A stretch of 64,000 nt of DNA from an uncultured Acidobacteriota bacterium (lineage in GTDB: Bacteria; Acidobacteriota; UBA6911), in the NCBI GenBank assembly GCA_963843575.1, contig CAWJKZ010000026.1:64001-128000 (forward strand), written 5' to 3'. The translations under genes were made by a program, and so were the position numbers. Within the stretch, counting starts at the first letter, position 1; each line of letters opens with the position of its first letter. The notes under the pieces are model-generated. The model was not told where the DNA came from. It worked only from the letters and a program-made list of their open reading frames with translations, and made no database searches. Below, piece after piece: positions 29,417-40,703 of the stretch.

Positions 29417-29572
29417 TGGAGTGGGGCGCCTCGGCGCCGCTTTCACTCGTCCTACGGCAGGAATGCTCGGCGCCTCGGCGCCACGCCGGATTGCGAGATG
29501 CGACCCTGCGACCTCGGCCTTTGGTGGCGCCGAGGCGCCGCCACCAAAGCGGCGTCGAGCCGCCGCACTCCA
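29417..29572. repeat. Inverted REP pair (REPIN-like) with internal hairpins
   Basis: Left arm TGGAGTGGGGCGCCTCGGCGCCGCTTT (29417-29443) and right arm AAAGCGGCGTCGAGCCGCCGCACTCCA (29546-29572), plus an internal TTTGGTGGCG...CGCCACCAAA stem. Confidence 0.75.
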
Positions 29573-29721
29573 CAATCTATGTGGCGACGGGGGTACGTTA
29601 TAGTGACCGCAAACAGCGTCCGGGCTGAAGACCGGACCCACTTGTATCTTGTTTGGATCGGGCAAATCAACCGTTGGATATAATGCCAATGTTGCCTGGA
29701 GATGCCGTAAAAGGAGGCCAG

Positions 29722-31138
29722 ATGCAGCCGACGGGGGCCGCGGGTACCCAGCTCGTTCAGGGGCTCAGGCTGTTCGATGCCACCACGATCATCATGGGAA
29801 GCATGATCGGGTCCGGCATTTTCATCGTTTCCGCCGACATGGCGCGGTTGCTCCGCTCCCCGGGGCTGCTTCTGCTGGCCTGGGGGATCACCGCCCTGAT
29901 GACGGTGCTCGCTGCGCTCAGCTACGGGGAGCTGGCGGCGGCGCTGCCGCGCGCGGGCGGCCAGTATGTTTTCCTGCGCGAGGCATTCGGCCCGCTGTTC
30001 GGCTTTCTGTACGGGTGGACTCTCTTCCTGGTCATACAGACCGGCACGATCGCGGCCGTGGCTGTGGCGTTCGCCAAGTTCCTGGGATTGTTTGTTCCCT
30101 GGGTTTCTGCCGCGCGCGTTCTCGTGCCGCTGCCGTTCGGCGCCAGCCTGTCGAGCCTGCAGCTCTCGGCGATCGCGGTCATCGCCCTCCTGACTTGGGT
30201 GAACTGCCGCGGGTTGCGCGAAGGGGCGATCGTGCAGAACGTCTTCACCGTGGCCAAGACGGGCGGGTTGCTGGCCCTTGTGGCGGCGGGTTTTCTGCGG
30301 CCCGCGAACCCTGCGGCACTCGAAGCGAACTTCACCCGGTTCTTGCCCGGGGATTTTAACCTTGCGGTCCTCGCGGTGCTCGGCGGGGCCCTGGTCGGGT
30401 CGCTGTTTTCGTCCGACGCGTGGAACAACGTCACGTTCACCGGCAGCGAGGTCGTGAATCCGAAGCGCAACCTGCCGCTGTCGCTGTTCCTGGGTACGGC
30501 GGCCGTTTCGCTGATCTATCTCGCGACGAATTGCGTTTACCTCAGGACGCTGACGCTGGAGGCGATCGCGTCGGCACCGGAAGACCGGGTCGGGACGCTT
30601 GCGGCGCAGAGCACTCATGGGGCCGTGGGGGCTGACGTTCGTCAACGCGGCGATCCTCATCTCGACCTTCGGCTGCACCAACGGGTTGATCCTGGCCGGC
30701 GCCCGGGTGTACTACGCGATGGCGCGGGACGGGCTGTTTTTCCGCCGCGTGGCCGAGGTCTCGCCGAAATCGCACACACCGGTCTTCTCCCTGGTCCTGC
30801 AGGCGGTCTGGGCCTCGTTGCTCGCCCTGAGCGGAACCTACAGCGACTTGCTCGACTACGTAATCTTCGCCGCGCTGCTGTTCTATGTCCTGACGGTCAC
30901 GGGGCTGTTCGTGCTGCGCAGGAAGCGCCCGGACCTGGAGCGGCCGTACCGGGCCTTCGGTTACCCAGTGCTGCCGGCGCTCTACGTCGCGCTCGCGACG
31001 CTGGTCATGCTGGACCTGTTGTGGGTGAAGCCCGCGTTCACGTGGCCGGGTCTCGGCATCGTGCTGACCGGGGTCCCGGTCTATTATTTCTGGCACTCGA
31101 GGAAACCGGCCGGGGTTTTGCCGCGGCGGCGCGGGTGA
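29722..31138 (+). CDS. APC-family amino acid permease; frameshift near 30610
   Basis: 'GSMIGSGIF', 'ALSYGELAA..P.AGGQY', 'MARDGLFF' and 'RPYRAFGYP'; AAGGAGG RBS. Confidence 0.9.
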
Positions 31139-31179
31139 GGCCGCTGGACCGGAAAGCGGTTTCTGGATAGGCTCATGGT

Positions 31180-32047
31180 ATGGAACGGCTGAAGGCCCGC
31201 ATCTTCACAATCTGGTGTTGGACGGGGTGCGGCCTGAGCACTGCCTTCTGGGCCACCGTCTCCATCTTCGGCAGTGTGTTTTCCAGGACCGGCAGGTTGC
31301 AGCACTTCTGCATGAAGCGCTGGTCGCGGGACAATCTCTGGCTGAGCCGCGCGCGGGTGGAGATCGAAGGGCTCGAGCACGTCGATCCCGCGCACCCGCA
31401 GATCCTGGCGGCCAACCACAGCGGGCTGCACGACATCCTCTCGCTTTCGGCTCACCTCCCGATCCAGTTTCGCTGGGTGGCCAAGAAATCCCTCTTCAAG
31501 GTGCCCTTCATGGGCTGGCACATGCGTCGCTCCGGCTACATCCCCATCGATCGGGAAAACCCGCGCGAGGCCGCCCGCAGCATCATCGAAGCCGTCCCGG
31601 ATCATCCGGGACGGCGTGCACGCGATCGCCTTCCCCGAGGGGACCCGCAGCCGGACGGGAGAGCTGGGGGCATTTCGCAGCGGCGCGTTTGCGCTGGCGC
31701 TCAAGACCGGCGTCCCGCTCGTCCCCGTGACGCTGGAAGGGAGTTACCGCGTGATCATGCCCAAGACACCGCAGGTGAATCCGGGCACGATCATCCGGAT
31801 CAAGATCGGCGCGCCCATCGATCTCTCGGCGTACGGCAAGGCCGATAGGCACAGGCTCATGGACGACCTGCGGCGGATCATGGAGACGAACCTGGCGGAA
31901 CTGCGCCTCCGCAGGCGTGCGGACGAGGAGAGGGAAGACGCGGTGTTCCGGTGGATTTACGGACGCACCGGGGCCCCGGATTATGCCAGCCTGCGCGCGA
32001 GGGGAGATGCCGAGGCTTTGGGCGGGGGACCGGGGGGAGCAGCCTAA
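31180..32047 (+). CDS. plsC: 1-acyl-sn-glycerol-3-phosphate acyltransferase; frameshift near 31595
   Basis: 'NHSGLHD' (HX4D), 'YIPIDR' and 'FPEGTRS'. Confidence 0.8.
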
Positions 32048-32109
32048 CGGCGGCCGCGTGCCGCCGCCCCGATTGCCCTGACCTCGCTGTCCGGCAGATT
32101 GCCCTCCGG

Positions 32110-32298
32110 TCGGCGATGGTCGGAACACCGTGTCCCGGCCGTTCCTCATGGCATCCGCGACTTCGACTTGGCGCCGCCCGGCGGCGCCTCCGCTTCGTGA
32201 CGCTGGCTGAATCGGAAAACCAGCCCGGCGCAAGTTCAGCGACCCAACTGACCTTGGTCTTTAACTTTTTCGATGAGATCCGCCGCCTCACGAGGTGA
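32110..32298 (+). pseudogene. Remnant C-terminus resembling Ser/Thr kinase-beta-propeller (TolB-like) proteins
   Basis: 'RDFDLAP.G..RF' and 'QLTLVFNFFDEIRRL*' resemble the 'YDV.PDG.RF...V.NWFEELKRL' tail of that family (recalled similarity, not searched). Confidence 0.4.
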
Positions 32299-32329
32299 CG
32301 GTGCTTCCGGAAGCGGGCATGCGACCGAA

Positions 32330-32476
32330 TTCTGGGGACAGGCTATGCAACTCCTGGCGATCCCCAGGGGCCCGTTCGATCGCGTGCTGGTGGCGCGGAG
32401 CCTTTCCGAACCCCTCATCCTACTTACGAACGACGATGCTCTCGCCGGCTACGGAGCAGGCATCCGAGTCGTTTAG
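32330..32476 (+). pseudogene. Truncated PIN-domain (VapC) toxin remnant
   Basis: 'LLAIPRGPFDRVLVARSLSEPLILLTNDDALAGY' matches the VapC C-terminal 'H.DPFDR.L.AQA..E...L.T.D' with substitutions; no N-terminus and no antitoxin. Confidence 0.6.
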
Positions 32477-32491
32477 CCTAACGAGCCGAGG

Positions 32492-33622
32492 TCACTCGCG
32501 TTCGTCTTTGGGGACGGGGCGCTCATCAGACGTCAGCCACCCTTTCCTGCCGAAGTAGATCAGCATGACCGTGGCGAGCAGTGCCATGAGCCCAAGGGCG
32601 AACGGGTACCCCCAGTACCAGTTCAATTCCGGCATGTTCAATGGCGATTGGGCCGTGTTGAAGTTCATGCCGTAGATGCCGGCGATCAGGGTTAGCGGGA
32701 TGAAGATGGTCGTAAAAATGGTGAGCACCTTCATGACCTCGTTCATGCGGTTGCTTACGCTCGACAGGTAGACGTCGGTCAGGCTGGAGGCGATGTCGCG
32801 GTAATTCTCGAGCAGGTCGATGATCTGCACGGTGTGGTCGTAACAGTCCCGAAGGTAGAGCCTGGTCTCCTGGGTGATGAGGGGTGTGCTTTCCCGGTAG
32901 AGAGTGGTCAGCACCTCGCGCAAAGGCCATGCCGCTCGTCTTAGCGTCAGCAGGTCGCGTTTGACCTCGTGAATGCGGGTTATGGCGCCGCGCAGCGGGT
33001 TGAGGATCACCTCGTCCTCGAGCGCCTCCAGCTGTTCGCCGTACTTCTCGAGCACGGGGAAATAGTGGTCTACGAAAGCGTCCACCAGCGCGTAGGCGAG
33101 GTAATCCGGTCCGGCGTTGCGGATCCGACCGCCGGCCTTGCGGATCCTCGCCCTGACGGGATCGAAGCAATCGCCGGGGAGTTCCTGGAATGTCACCACG
33201 AAGTTCTTGCCGAGGAACAGGCTCAGTTGCTCGGTTTCCACGCGCTGATTGATTTCGACCATGCGCCCGACAATGAAATAATAGTCGGGATACTGTTCCA
33301 CCTTGGCCCGTTGATGGACGTTAATGACGTCCTCCAGGGCCAGCACGTGCAGGTTGAACAGGGCGCCGAGTCCGGCGATGCTGGCCGCGTCCCCCAGCCC
33401 GTCGACGTTCACCCATGTCACGGGCCAGACCCCTACGAACTCGCGGACGTCCTCGGCCTGTCCCACGGTGCGCTCCGCGATGCCGTCAGGCCCATAGGCG
33501 ATCACCTTGATGTCGGGGTGCGGGGCGTGGGGGTCGGGAACCAGCGTGCCGGGGGGCGAACCCGGAGGCTGCCGCCTGTGGAGTTTGTGTCGGTGCCCTC
33601 TTCGCTTGTCTTTCCTGGTCAT
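32492..33622 (-). CDS. corA: Magnesium/cobalt transporter CorA
   Basis: 'YGMNF' signature, 'MPEL.W.WGYP' and 'QRAKVE'. Confidence 0.95.
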   Translation of the reverse strand: MTRKDKRRGHRHKLHRRQPPGSPPGTLVPDPHAPHPDIKVIAYGPDGIAERTVGQAEDVREFVGVWPVTWVNVDGLGDAASIAGLGALFNLHVLALEDVINVHQRAKVEQYPDYYFIVGRMVEINQRVETEQLSLFLGKNFVVTFQELPGDCFDPVRARIRKAGGRIRNAGPDYLAYALVDAFVDHYFPVLEKYGEQLEALEDEVILNPLRGAITRIHEVKRDLLTLRRAAWPLREVLTTLYRESTPLITQETRLYLRDCYDHTVQIIDLLENYRDIASSLTDVYLSSVSNRMNEVMKVLTIFTTIFIPLTLIAGIYGMNFNTAQSPLNMPELNWYWGYPFALGLMALLATVMLIYFGRKGWLTSDERPVPKDERE

Positions 33623-33863
33623 GGTCTCTCCTGCCGCCACCGTCCCCTCCGCGGCGAGTATCACGCGGCCGTGGACAACGGGGATTCTACACCGCGCGGC
33701 GGTTCGGGGCGGGGAAAACAGAGCGGAAACACTCTCGCCTCAGGTGCTTGGCAGCCCTTCATTTGCGCTTTGGTCCGGTGCGGATCCTGGAGTATGGTTA
33801 AGGCCGCCCATCGAACTTGCAGGGACCCGACGTGCGCTGCCGCCACGCACGACTGGAGGAGAT

Positions 33864-34868
33864 ATGGTCATCGTGCAGTCCTATCCGGTAGCCGTAGCGC
33901 TCTGCTTCGTCACGATGTTGTGTTGGGGTTCCTGGGCCAACACGCAGAAACTTGCCGGGAAGGAGTGGCGCTTCCAGCTCTTTTACTGGGACTATGCCCT
34001 CGGGGTCATCCTGGTCTCCCTGGCGCTCGCACTGACGTTGGGGAGCGTGGGGACAGAGGGGCGGAGCTTTGCGGCCGACCTCGCCCAGGCCTGCGCGCCG
34101 GCCCTGGGCTCTGCGTTTCTCGGTGGGGTCGTGTTCAACCTGGCGAACATCCTACTGGTGGCGGCCATCGATATCGCCGGAATGAGCGTCGCCTTTCCGG
34201 TCGGGATCGGGCTGGCGCTGGTGGTCGGGGTGCTGACTAACTATGTCGCGGCACCTGTCGGCAATCCGGCGCTGCTCTTTCTTGGGGTGGCGGGCGTGAC
34301 CCTGGCGATCGTGGTGGACGCCCTGGCCTATCGGCGCCTGCCCTCTGCCGGCACCAGAACCGGGGGCAAAGGGATCGGGGTCTCCATCCTGGCCGGCCTG
34401 CTGATGGGCTTTTTTTATCGCTTTGTTGCGGCCTCGATGGTCTCCGATTTTGCCCGGCCGGAGGCGGGGAAGCTGACGCCGTACACAGCCGTGGTCTTGT
34501 TTTCGGTCGGACTCTTCCTGTCCAATTTCGTCTGGAACAGCCTGTTCATGGCCAAGCCTCTGGTCGGGGAACGCGTGCCCTTCTCGGACTACTTTCGCAG
34601 GGGCACCCCGCGACTGCACGCGATAGGGGCGCTCGGCGGGGCGATCTGGGGTGTCGGCATGTCGTTCAGCATCATCGCCTCGGGGCAGGCCGGTGTGGCG
34701 ATATCCTACGGGCTGGGTCAGGGAGCGACCATGGTTGCGGCACTCTGGGGCGTGTTCGTGTGGAAGGAATTCCGGGGGGCCCGCCGCGGCACGGGCGGCC
34801 TGCTCGCGCTGATGTTTCTCGGTTACGCGGCGGGGCTTGCGCTGATCATCGCCGCCCGGGTCGCCTGA
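33864..34868 (+). CDS. DMT-superfamily sugar (ribose/nucleoside-type) permease, GRP/ureide-permease-like
   Basis: 'CWGSWANTQK', 'AGMSVAFPVG' and 'WGVFVWKEF'; about 10 TM segments; adjacent to rbsK. Confidence 0.75.
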   Translation: MVIVQSYPVAVALCFVTMLCWGSWANTQKLAGKEWRFQLFYWDYALGVILVSLALALTLGSVGTEGRSFAADLAQACAPALGSAFLGGVVFNLANILLVAAIDIAGMSVAFPVGIGLALVVGVLTNYVAAPVGNPALLFLGVAGVTLAIVVDALAYRRLPSAGTRTGGKGIGVSILAGLLMGFFYRFVAASMVSDFARPEAGKLTPYTAVVLFSVGLFLSNFVWNSLFMAKPLVGERVPFSDYFRRGTPRLHAIGALGGAIWGVGMSFSIIASGQAGVAISYGLGQGATMVAALWGVFVWKEFRGARRGTGGLLALMFLGYAAGLALIIAARVA

Positions 34869-34892
34869 GTTCCGGGCAGCCGAAGAGGGATC

Positions 34893-35834
34893 ATGACTCC
34901 ACGGGAAATCGTTGTCGTGGGCAGTTCGAACACGGACATGATCATTCAGTTGCCGCGGATTCCGCGTCCCGGAGAAACCATCCTGGGCGGCCGTTTCACC
35001 ATGGCCGCCGGCGGGAAGGGAGCCAACCAGGCCGTCGCCGCCGCCAGGGCGGGGGGAACTGTCCGGCTGGTAGCGCGGGTCGGCAGCGACGTCTTTGGTC
35101 AGCGGGCGCTGGAAGGCTTCGAGCAGGACGGGATCGACGTCGGCCGCGTCGTGCGCGACGCAAGCGAGCCGTCGGGGACCGCCTTGATCTTTGTCGAGGA
35201 TTCCGGCGAAAACTGCATTGCGGTGGCCCCGGGGGCAAACGCGCGCCTGTCCGTCGAGGATGTCGCGAGCGCGGCCAGTGCCCTCGAGTCCGCGTCCATA
35301 CTGCTTATGCAGCTGGAGATCCCGATGGAGTCGGTGCTCGCGGCCGCCGAGATCGCCTCGGCGCGAGGCGTGACCGTGATCCTGAATCCCGCACCGGCGG
35401 CTTCTGTCCCGGCTGAGTTGCTGGCACGAGTTTCCATTCTGACCCCGAACGAGACGGAGGCCCGGGTGCTGACGGGAGTGGAGATTCGCGACGACCTCAG
35501 CCTGGCGCGAGCCGCAGACGCTCTCATGTCCAAGGGGGTCGCGACGGTACTGATCACCTTGGGGGCCAAAGGGGTCTTTCTCGCGACCGCGGGGATGCGG
35601 CAGATCATACCCGGTTTCCCGGTGGCAGCGGTCGACACCACCGCCGCAGGCGATGTCTTCAATGGCGCCCTCGCGGTCGGGTTGAGCGAGGGTGTGGACC
35701 TGCGCGGTGCCGTCCGGTTTGCCAACGCCGCTGCTGCGCTGTCCGTCACGCGGTTGGGAGCTCAGCCGTCGATTCCGTCCCGTCCGGCTATCGACGCGTT
35801 CCTCGCCGCTGCCACTCCCGGCTCGGGAGCATAG
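34893..35834 (+). CDS. rbsK: Ribokinase
   Basis: 'GSSNTD', 'GGKGANQAVAAAR', 'PNETEA' and 'DTTAAGDVFNG'. Confidence 0.93.
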   Translation: MTPREIVVVGSSNTDMIIQLPRIPRPGETILGGRFTMAAGGKGANQAVAAARAGGTVRLVARVGSDVFGQRALEGFEQDGIDVGRVVRDASEPSGTALIFVEDSGENCIAVAPGANARLSVEDVASAASALESASILLMQLEIPMESVLAAAEIASARGVTVILNPAPAASVPAELLARVSILTPNETEARVLTGVEIRDDLSLARAADALMSKGVATVLITLGAKGVFLATAGMRQIIPGFPVAAVDTTAAGDVFNGALAVGLSEGVDLRGAVRFANAAAALSVTRLGAQPSIPSRPAIDAFLAAATPGSGA

Positions 35835-35921
35835 GGATCGACAGCCGTTTTGCCCCCTTGGCCCGACAATGGTAATAATTCCCCGTCACCCAAACGCATT
35901 CATAGACGATCGGAATCGATT

Positions 35922-38852
35922 ATGACGACCAACATGAAGTTCCCGAACCCGGGCGGTTTTGAATCGGAATCCCCGCTAGGAGAACGGCTCCGCCACCCTG
36001 ATTCTTTCGTGCGACGGCATGTCGGGCCGCGCGAACAGGATATCCAGCAGATGGCGGCCTTTCTCGGCTATCCCGGCATCGACGCGCTCATCGATGCTGC
36101 GGTCCCCTCATCCATCCGGTTGAAGCGGCCACTCGAGATCGGCGAGGGCCGCAGCGAGTATGTCGTCCTGTCGCAGTTGAGGGAGATCGCGTCGCAGAAC
36201 AAGGTGTTTCGCTCGTTCATCGGGATGGGTTACCACGACTGCATCACCCCCCCCGTGATCCAGCGCAACATCTTCGAAAATCCTGGATGGTACACGCAGT
36301 ACACGCCGTATCAGCCGGAGATTTCCCAGGGAAGGCTCGAGGCGTTGCTGAATTTCCAGACGATGGTCGCCGACCTCACGGGGCTCGAGATCGCCAACGC
36401 GTCCCTCCTGGACGAAGCGACCGCGGCGGCTGAGGCCATGCACATGAGCCGCAACGTCAGCCGGAACGACGCGAACGCATTCTTCGTCTCCGACGCCTGC
36501 CATCCGCAAAACATAGCGGTCGTCAAGACGAGAGCCACTGCCCTCGGAATCGAGGTCATCGTCGGCGATCACGAAAGGTACGACTTTTCGACCCCTGTTT
36601 TCGGGGCGCTCGTGCAGTACCCGGCAACGGACGGCACGATTTCCCATTACGGCGATTTCGTCCGGCGCGCCCACGAGCACGGGGCGCTGGTCACCGTCGC
36701 GGCGGACCTGCTTTCGCTGGCGCTGCTGGTCCCTCCCGGTGAGATGGGGGCGGATATTGCCGTCGGGAGCACGCAGCGGTTCGGGGTGCCTCTCGGCTAC
36801 GGCGGCCCTCACGCCGCGTATTTCTCCACGCGCGACGAGTACAAGCGGCAGATGCCCGGCCGCATCGTGGGCCTTTCCAAGGATGCCGACGGGACCCCGG
36901 CGCTCCGGTTGGCGTTACAGACCCGGGAGCAACACATCCGGAGAGACAAGGCCACGAGCAACATCTGCACGGCCCAGGTGCTCCTCGCGGTGATGGCTTC
37001 GATGTACGCCGTCTATCACGGACCCGAGGGACTGCGCAGGATCGCCGGGCGGATCCGCTTCATGACGGCGATGCTCGGAAACGGTTTGCGGGCGCTTGGC
37101 TATGCCGTGACCCCCGAGCACGTCTTCGACACTCTGAAGGTCCAGGTGAGCGAGAGCCGTCAGGCCGAGGTCGAGGAGTCGGCCCGGGCGCTCGGCATCA
37201 ACTTGCGGCGCCTGGACAAGGGATCGGTCGGAATCAGCCTCAACGAGACGACATCAGCCGACGACCTGCGCGACCTGCTGTCGGTCTTCTCACAGAAAAG
37301 CACGCTCCCGTTCGAGATGAAGGATCTGACCGGGGAGACTGCCCCGGCGCTGCCGCAGCAGCTGGAGCGGACCAGCCCTTACCTCAAACACCCGGTGTTT
37401 AACCGGTACCATTCCGAAACCGAACTGTTGCGCTATATCCACCGGCTGCAGGCCCGCGACCTGTCCCTGACTACGTCCATGATCCCGCTCGGCTCCTGCA
37501 CGATGAAGCTCAACGCAACGGTCGAGATGTTCCCGGTGAGCTGGCCGGAGTTTGCCAAGATCCACCCCTTCGCGCCGGTAGAGCAGACGCGCGGATACCA
37601 GGTCATGTTCGGCCAGCTCGAGCACTGGCTGGCTGAGGTCACCGGGTTCTCCGCCATCTCGCTGCAACCCAACGCGGGCTCCCAGGGGGAATACACGGGG
37701 CTCCTGGTCATCCGCAAATACCACGAATCCAGGGGGGAAGGGCATCGCCGCGTTTGCCTCATCCCGCAGTCCGCACACGGGACCAACCCCGCGAGCGCCG
37801 CGATGGCCGGTCTGAACGTGGTGGTGGTTGCCTGCGACCAGAACGGCAACATCGATGTGGCGGACCTGAAGGCCAAGTCCGCCAAACACGCGGGCGAACT
37901 CGCGGCGCTTATGGTGACCTATCCCTCGACGCACGGCGTGTTCGAAGAAGCGATAAAGGAGATTTGCGATACCGTGCACGCCGCGGGCGGACAGGTCTAC
38001 ATGGACGGCGCCAACATGAACGCGCAGGTAGGCCTGTGCCGTCCGGCCGAAATCGGTGCGGACGTCTGCCACCTGAACCTGCACAAGACGTTCTCCATAC
38101 CGCACGGCGGCGGCGGGCCAGGCATGGGGCCGATCGGGGTGCGGCCGCACCTCGCCCCGTTTCTCCCCCGGCACCCCGTGATCGAAGTCGGCGGCATGGA
38201 TGGAATCGGCCCGGTCTCCGCAGCTCCCTGGGGCAGCCCCAGCATCCTGCCGATCTCCTGGGTGTACATCGCGCTCATGGGTTCCAGGGGTCTGACGGAG
38301 GCCACCAAGGTCGCCATCCTCAACGCCAACTACGTCGCCAAGCGCCTCGACCCGTATTACCCGGTTCTATACAAGGGATCAGGCGGCCTCGTCGCGCACG
38401 AGTGCATCCTGGATCTGCGCCACCTGAAGAAGGATGCGGGGATCGAGGTCGACGACGTGGCCAAGAGGCTGATGGATTGCGGCTTTCATGCGCCCACGGT
38501 CTCGTTCCCGGTCGCCGGGACGATGATGGTGGAGCCGACCGAGAGCGAGTCCCGGGAAGAGCTCGATAGGTTCTGCGACGCCATGATCGCAATTCGAAAG
38601 GAAATCGGGGAGATCGAAGCCGGCCACATGGACGCGCGCGACAATGTCTTGAAGAACGCGCCGCACACGGCCTCGGCGCTGCTCGCCGAACAGTGGCGCC
38701 ACCCGTATTCGCGCGAGCAGGCTGCGTATCCCGTCCCTTGGACCAGAGACCAGAAGTTCTGGCCGCCCGTCGGCCGGGTCGACAACGTCTTCGGGGACCG
38801 GCACCTGATTTGTGCCTGCCCGCCGGTCTCGGCCTACGGCGAGACGAAGTAG
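35922..38852 (+). CDS. gcvP: Glycine dehydrogenase (single-chain P protein)
   Basis: '[14 protein letters not shown]', '[19 protein letters not shown]', 'HLNLHKTF' (PLP Lys) and 'MVEPTESE'. Confidence 0.97.
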   Translation: MTTNMKFPNPGGFESESPLGERLRHPDSFVRRHVGPREQDIQQMAAFLGYPGIDALIDAAVPSSIRLKRPLEIGEGRSEYVVLSQLREIASQNKVFRSFIGMGYHDCITPPVIQRNIFENPGWYTQYTPYQPEISQGRLEALLNFQTMVADLTGLEIANASLLDEATAAAEAMHMSRNVSRNDANAFFVSDACHPQNIAVVKTRATALGIEVIVGDHERYDFSTPVFGALVQYPATDGTISHYGDFVRRAHEHGALVTVAADLLSLALLVPPGEMGADIAVGSTQRFGVPLGYGGPHAAYFSTRDEYKRQMPGRIVGLSKDADGTPALRLALQTREQHIRRDKATSNICTAQVLLAVMASMYAVYHGPEGLRRIAGRIRFMTAMLGNGLRALGYAVTPEHVFDTLKVQVSESRQAEVEESARALGINLRRLDKGSVGISLNETTSADDLRDLLSVFSQKSTLPFEMKDLTGETAPALPQQLERTSPYLKHPVFNRYHSETELLRYIHRLQARDLSLTTSMIPLGSCTMKLNATVEMFPVSWPEFAKIHPFAPVEQTRGYQVMFGQLEHWLAEVTGFSAISLQPNAGSQGEYTGLLVIRKYHESRGEGHRRVCLIPQSAHGTNPASAAMAGLNVVVVACDQNGNIDVADLKAKSAKHAGELAALMVTYPSTHGVFEEAIKEICDTVHAAGGQVYMDGANMNAQVGLCRPAEIGADVCHLNLHKTFSIPHGGGGPGMGPIGVRPHLAPFLPRHPVIEVGGMDGIGPVSAAPWGSPSILPISWVYIALMGSRGLTEATKVAILNANYVAKRLDPYYPVLYKGSGGLVAHECILDLRHLKKDAGIEVDDVAKRLMDCGFHAPTVSFPVAGTMMVEPTESESREELDRFCDAMIAIRKEIGEIEAGHMDARDNVLKNAPHTASALLAEQWRHPYSREQAAYPVPWTRDQKFWPPVGRVDNVFGDRHLICACPPVSAYGETK

Positions 38853-38860
38853 GACTGACG

Positions 38861-38899
38861 CCGGGAGCGGGGACGGCACCGGAGCTTCCCCGCTCCCGG
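38861..38899. terminator. GC-rich hairpin between convergent gcvP and gcvH
   Basis: CCGGGAGCGGGGA...TCCCCGCTCCCGG, a 13-bp perfect stem; no clear U-tract. Confidence 0.6.
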
Positions 38900-38906
38900 G
38901 TCGGTT

Positions 38907-39296
38907 CTAGCCGTTCCCCTGTTCCTGCAGGTACTCCTCGTATTCCTCCGCGCTCAACAACTCCTTCAGCTCGTCGCTGTTGGCGATGCGCAGCTTGATC
39001 ATCCAGGCCTTTTGGTGCGGGGATTCGTTTACCGTCTCCGGCGTCTCCTCGAGTTTCGTGTTCACCTCGATGACTTCTCCGCCGATCGGGCAGAAGATCT
39101 CGGAGACAGCCTTGACCGATTCAACGGAGCCGAACGGTTCGTTTGCCTCGAACGTGTCGCCGACCTCCGGGAGGTCCACGTACACGACGTCGCCCAGTTC
39201 ATGCTGGGCGTAGTCGGTGATTCCCACCGTGGCGACCTCCCCCTGCACCTGCACCCATTCGTGGTCCTTCGTGTACAGGTTTTCCTCGGGATACAT
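38907..39296 (-). CDS. gcvH: Glycine cleavage H protein
   Basis: 'YTKDHEW', 'GITDYAQHELGDVVYV' and 'VESVKA' (lipoyl Lys). Confidence 0.97.
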   Translation of the reverse strand: MYPEENLYTKDHEWVQVQGEVATVGITDYAQHELGDVVYVDLPEVGDTFEANEPFGSVESVKAVSEIFCPIGGEVIEVNTKLEETPETVNESPHQKAWMIKLRIANSDELKELLSAEEYEEYLQEQGNG

Positions 39297-39390
39297 CTCG
39301 CGACCTCCACTTGTGGCTGACGGCGGTTCCGGATATGGGCCCTCGGGCCCGGACAACGTTTCCAACAGAAGGCGACACCTGACTTGTTTC

Positions 39391-40500
39391 TTAGGCGGTC
39401 TTCGGCCGTTTGTAAAACGGAGTCTGGACCACCCGGGCCCTGACCGGCTTACCTCGAACGACAACGTCGAACTCCGTTCCGGGCGTCGTGCGGCCGGTCG
39501 GGAGATAGGTGAGTCCGATATTCTTCTGCAGGAACGGGGCCGGGCTGCCGCTCGTCACAACCCCAACCTGCGTCCCCGTCCAGGATCACGGGGTAATGAT
39601 CGCGGGCGATGCCGCGGTCGGTCATCTCGAAACCGACCAGCAGTCGCGGCACCCCGTTGCGACTCTGCTCCAGGAGGGCGTCGCGACCGATGAATTCGCC
39701 CTTGTCGAGCCTGCAGATCCAGGCGAGGTCCGCCTCCAGGACCGTGGTCGTGTCGTCGATGTCGTTGCCATAGAGCGCCATCTTGGACTTCCAGCCTCAG
39801 CGTGTTGCGGGCCGCCAGCCCCGCAGGCTGAAGCCCGAAGGGCGCGCCCGCCTCCATGATCCGGGTCCAGACCGCCGCGGCTTTGGCCGGCCCGAGATAA
39901 ATCTCGAACCCGTCCTCGCCGGTGTAGCCGGTGCGCGACACGATCGCGTCGACCCCCGCGATCTTCCCCTCCGCAAACCAGTAGTATTTCATCGCTGCGA
40001 GGTTGATGCCCAGTCAAGGGTTGCAGAATCTCGGCCGAACGCGGACCCTGCACGGCCAGCTGGCTGAATTCCTCGCTGCGGAACAGAACCTCGGTGCCCG
40101 GTTGTGCGTGGTCCCGGATCCACTGAAAATCCTTCTCCTGGTTGGAAGAGTTGACACAGAGGAAGAAATGACCGCGCCCCATGCGGTAGACGAGAATGTC
40201 GTCGACGAACGTCCCTTTGGGCGTCATCAGGGCGGAGTAGTGGCACTGGCCGATTGCAAGCCGCCGGACGTCGTTGCTCGTGACTTTCTGGATCGTCTCC
40301 TCGGCGGTCGAACCCTTCAGTTCGATCTCACCCATGTGGCTGACGTCGAATATTCCCGCGCGGGTGCGAACCGCCAGGTGTTCCGGCATGGGCCCGGCGT
40401 ACTGCACCGGCATGTCCCACCCGGCGAAGTCCACCATGCGCGCGCCCAGCTGACGATGAATCGAGTTCAGAGGCGTTTTCTTGAGTTCCGGAGAGTCCAC
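39391..40500 (-). CDS. gcvT: Glycine cleavage T protein (aminomethyltransferase); frameshifts near 40010, 39790 and 39570
   Basis: 'FAGWDMPVQY', 'FDVSHMGE', 'SRTGYTGEDGFE', 'GLAARNTLRLE', 'LYGNDI' and 'PFYKR'. Confidence 0.93.
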
Positions 40501-40703
40501 TGGAGAGTTCCTTTTGAAAAGACCCGAAATCGTGTGGAATCTATCACTTCGCGCTTGTGGGAGTCAAGCGCATTTCCTGCCTGCTAGCTTTTGACAACAA
40601 ATGGTTTAACAGGACGGCCCCGGTTTGCCGTGACCGCGAGGAAGCGGGCGAAGTTTGGGAACGTTCGACCCGGTGCGGAGTATAAGCGGCCGAGAGGAAT
40701 AAC

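Noticed and set aside
29417-29572. Possible CRISPR array or tRNA
   Set aside because: The repeats are inverted and nested rather than direct repeats with unique spacers; there is no cloverleaf and no cas gene.
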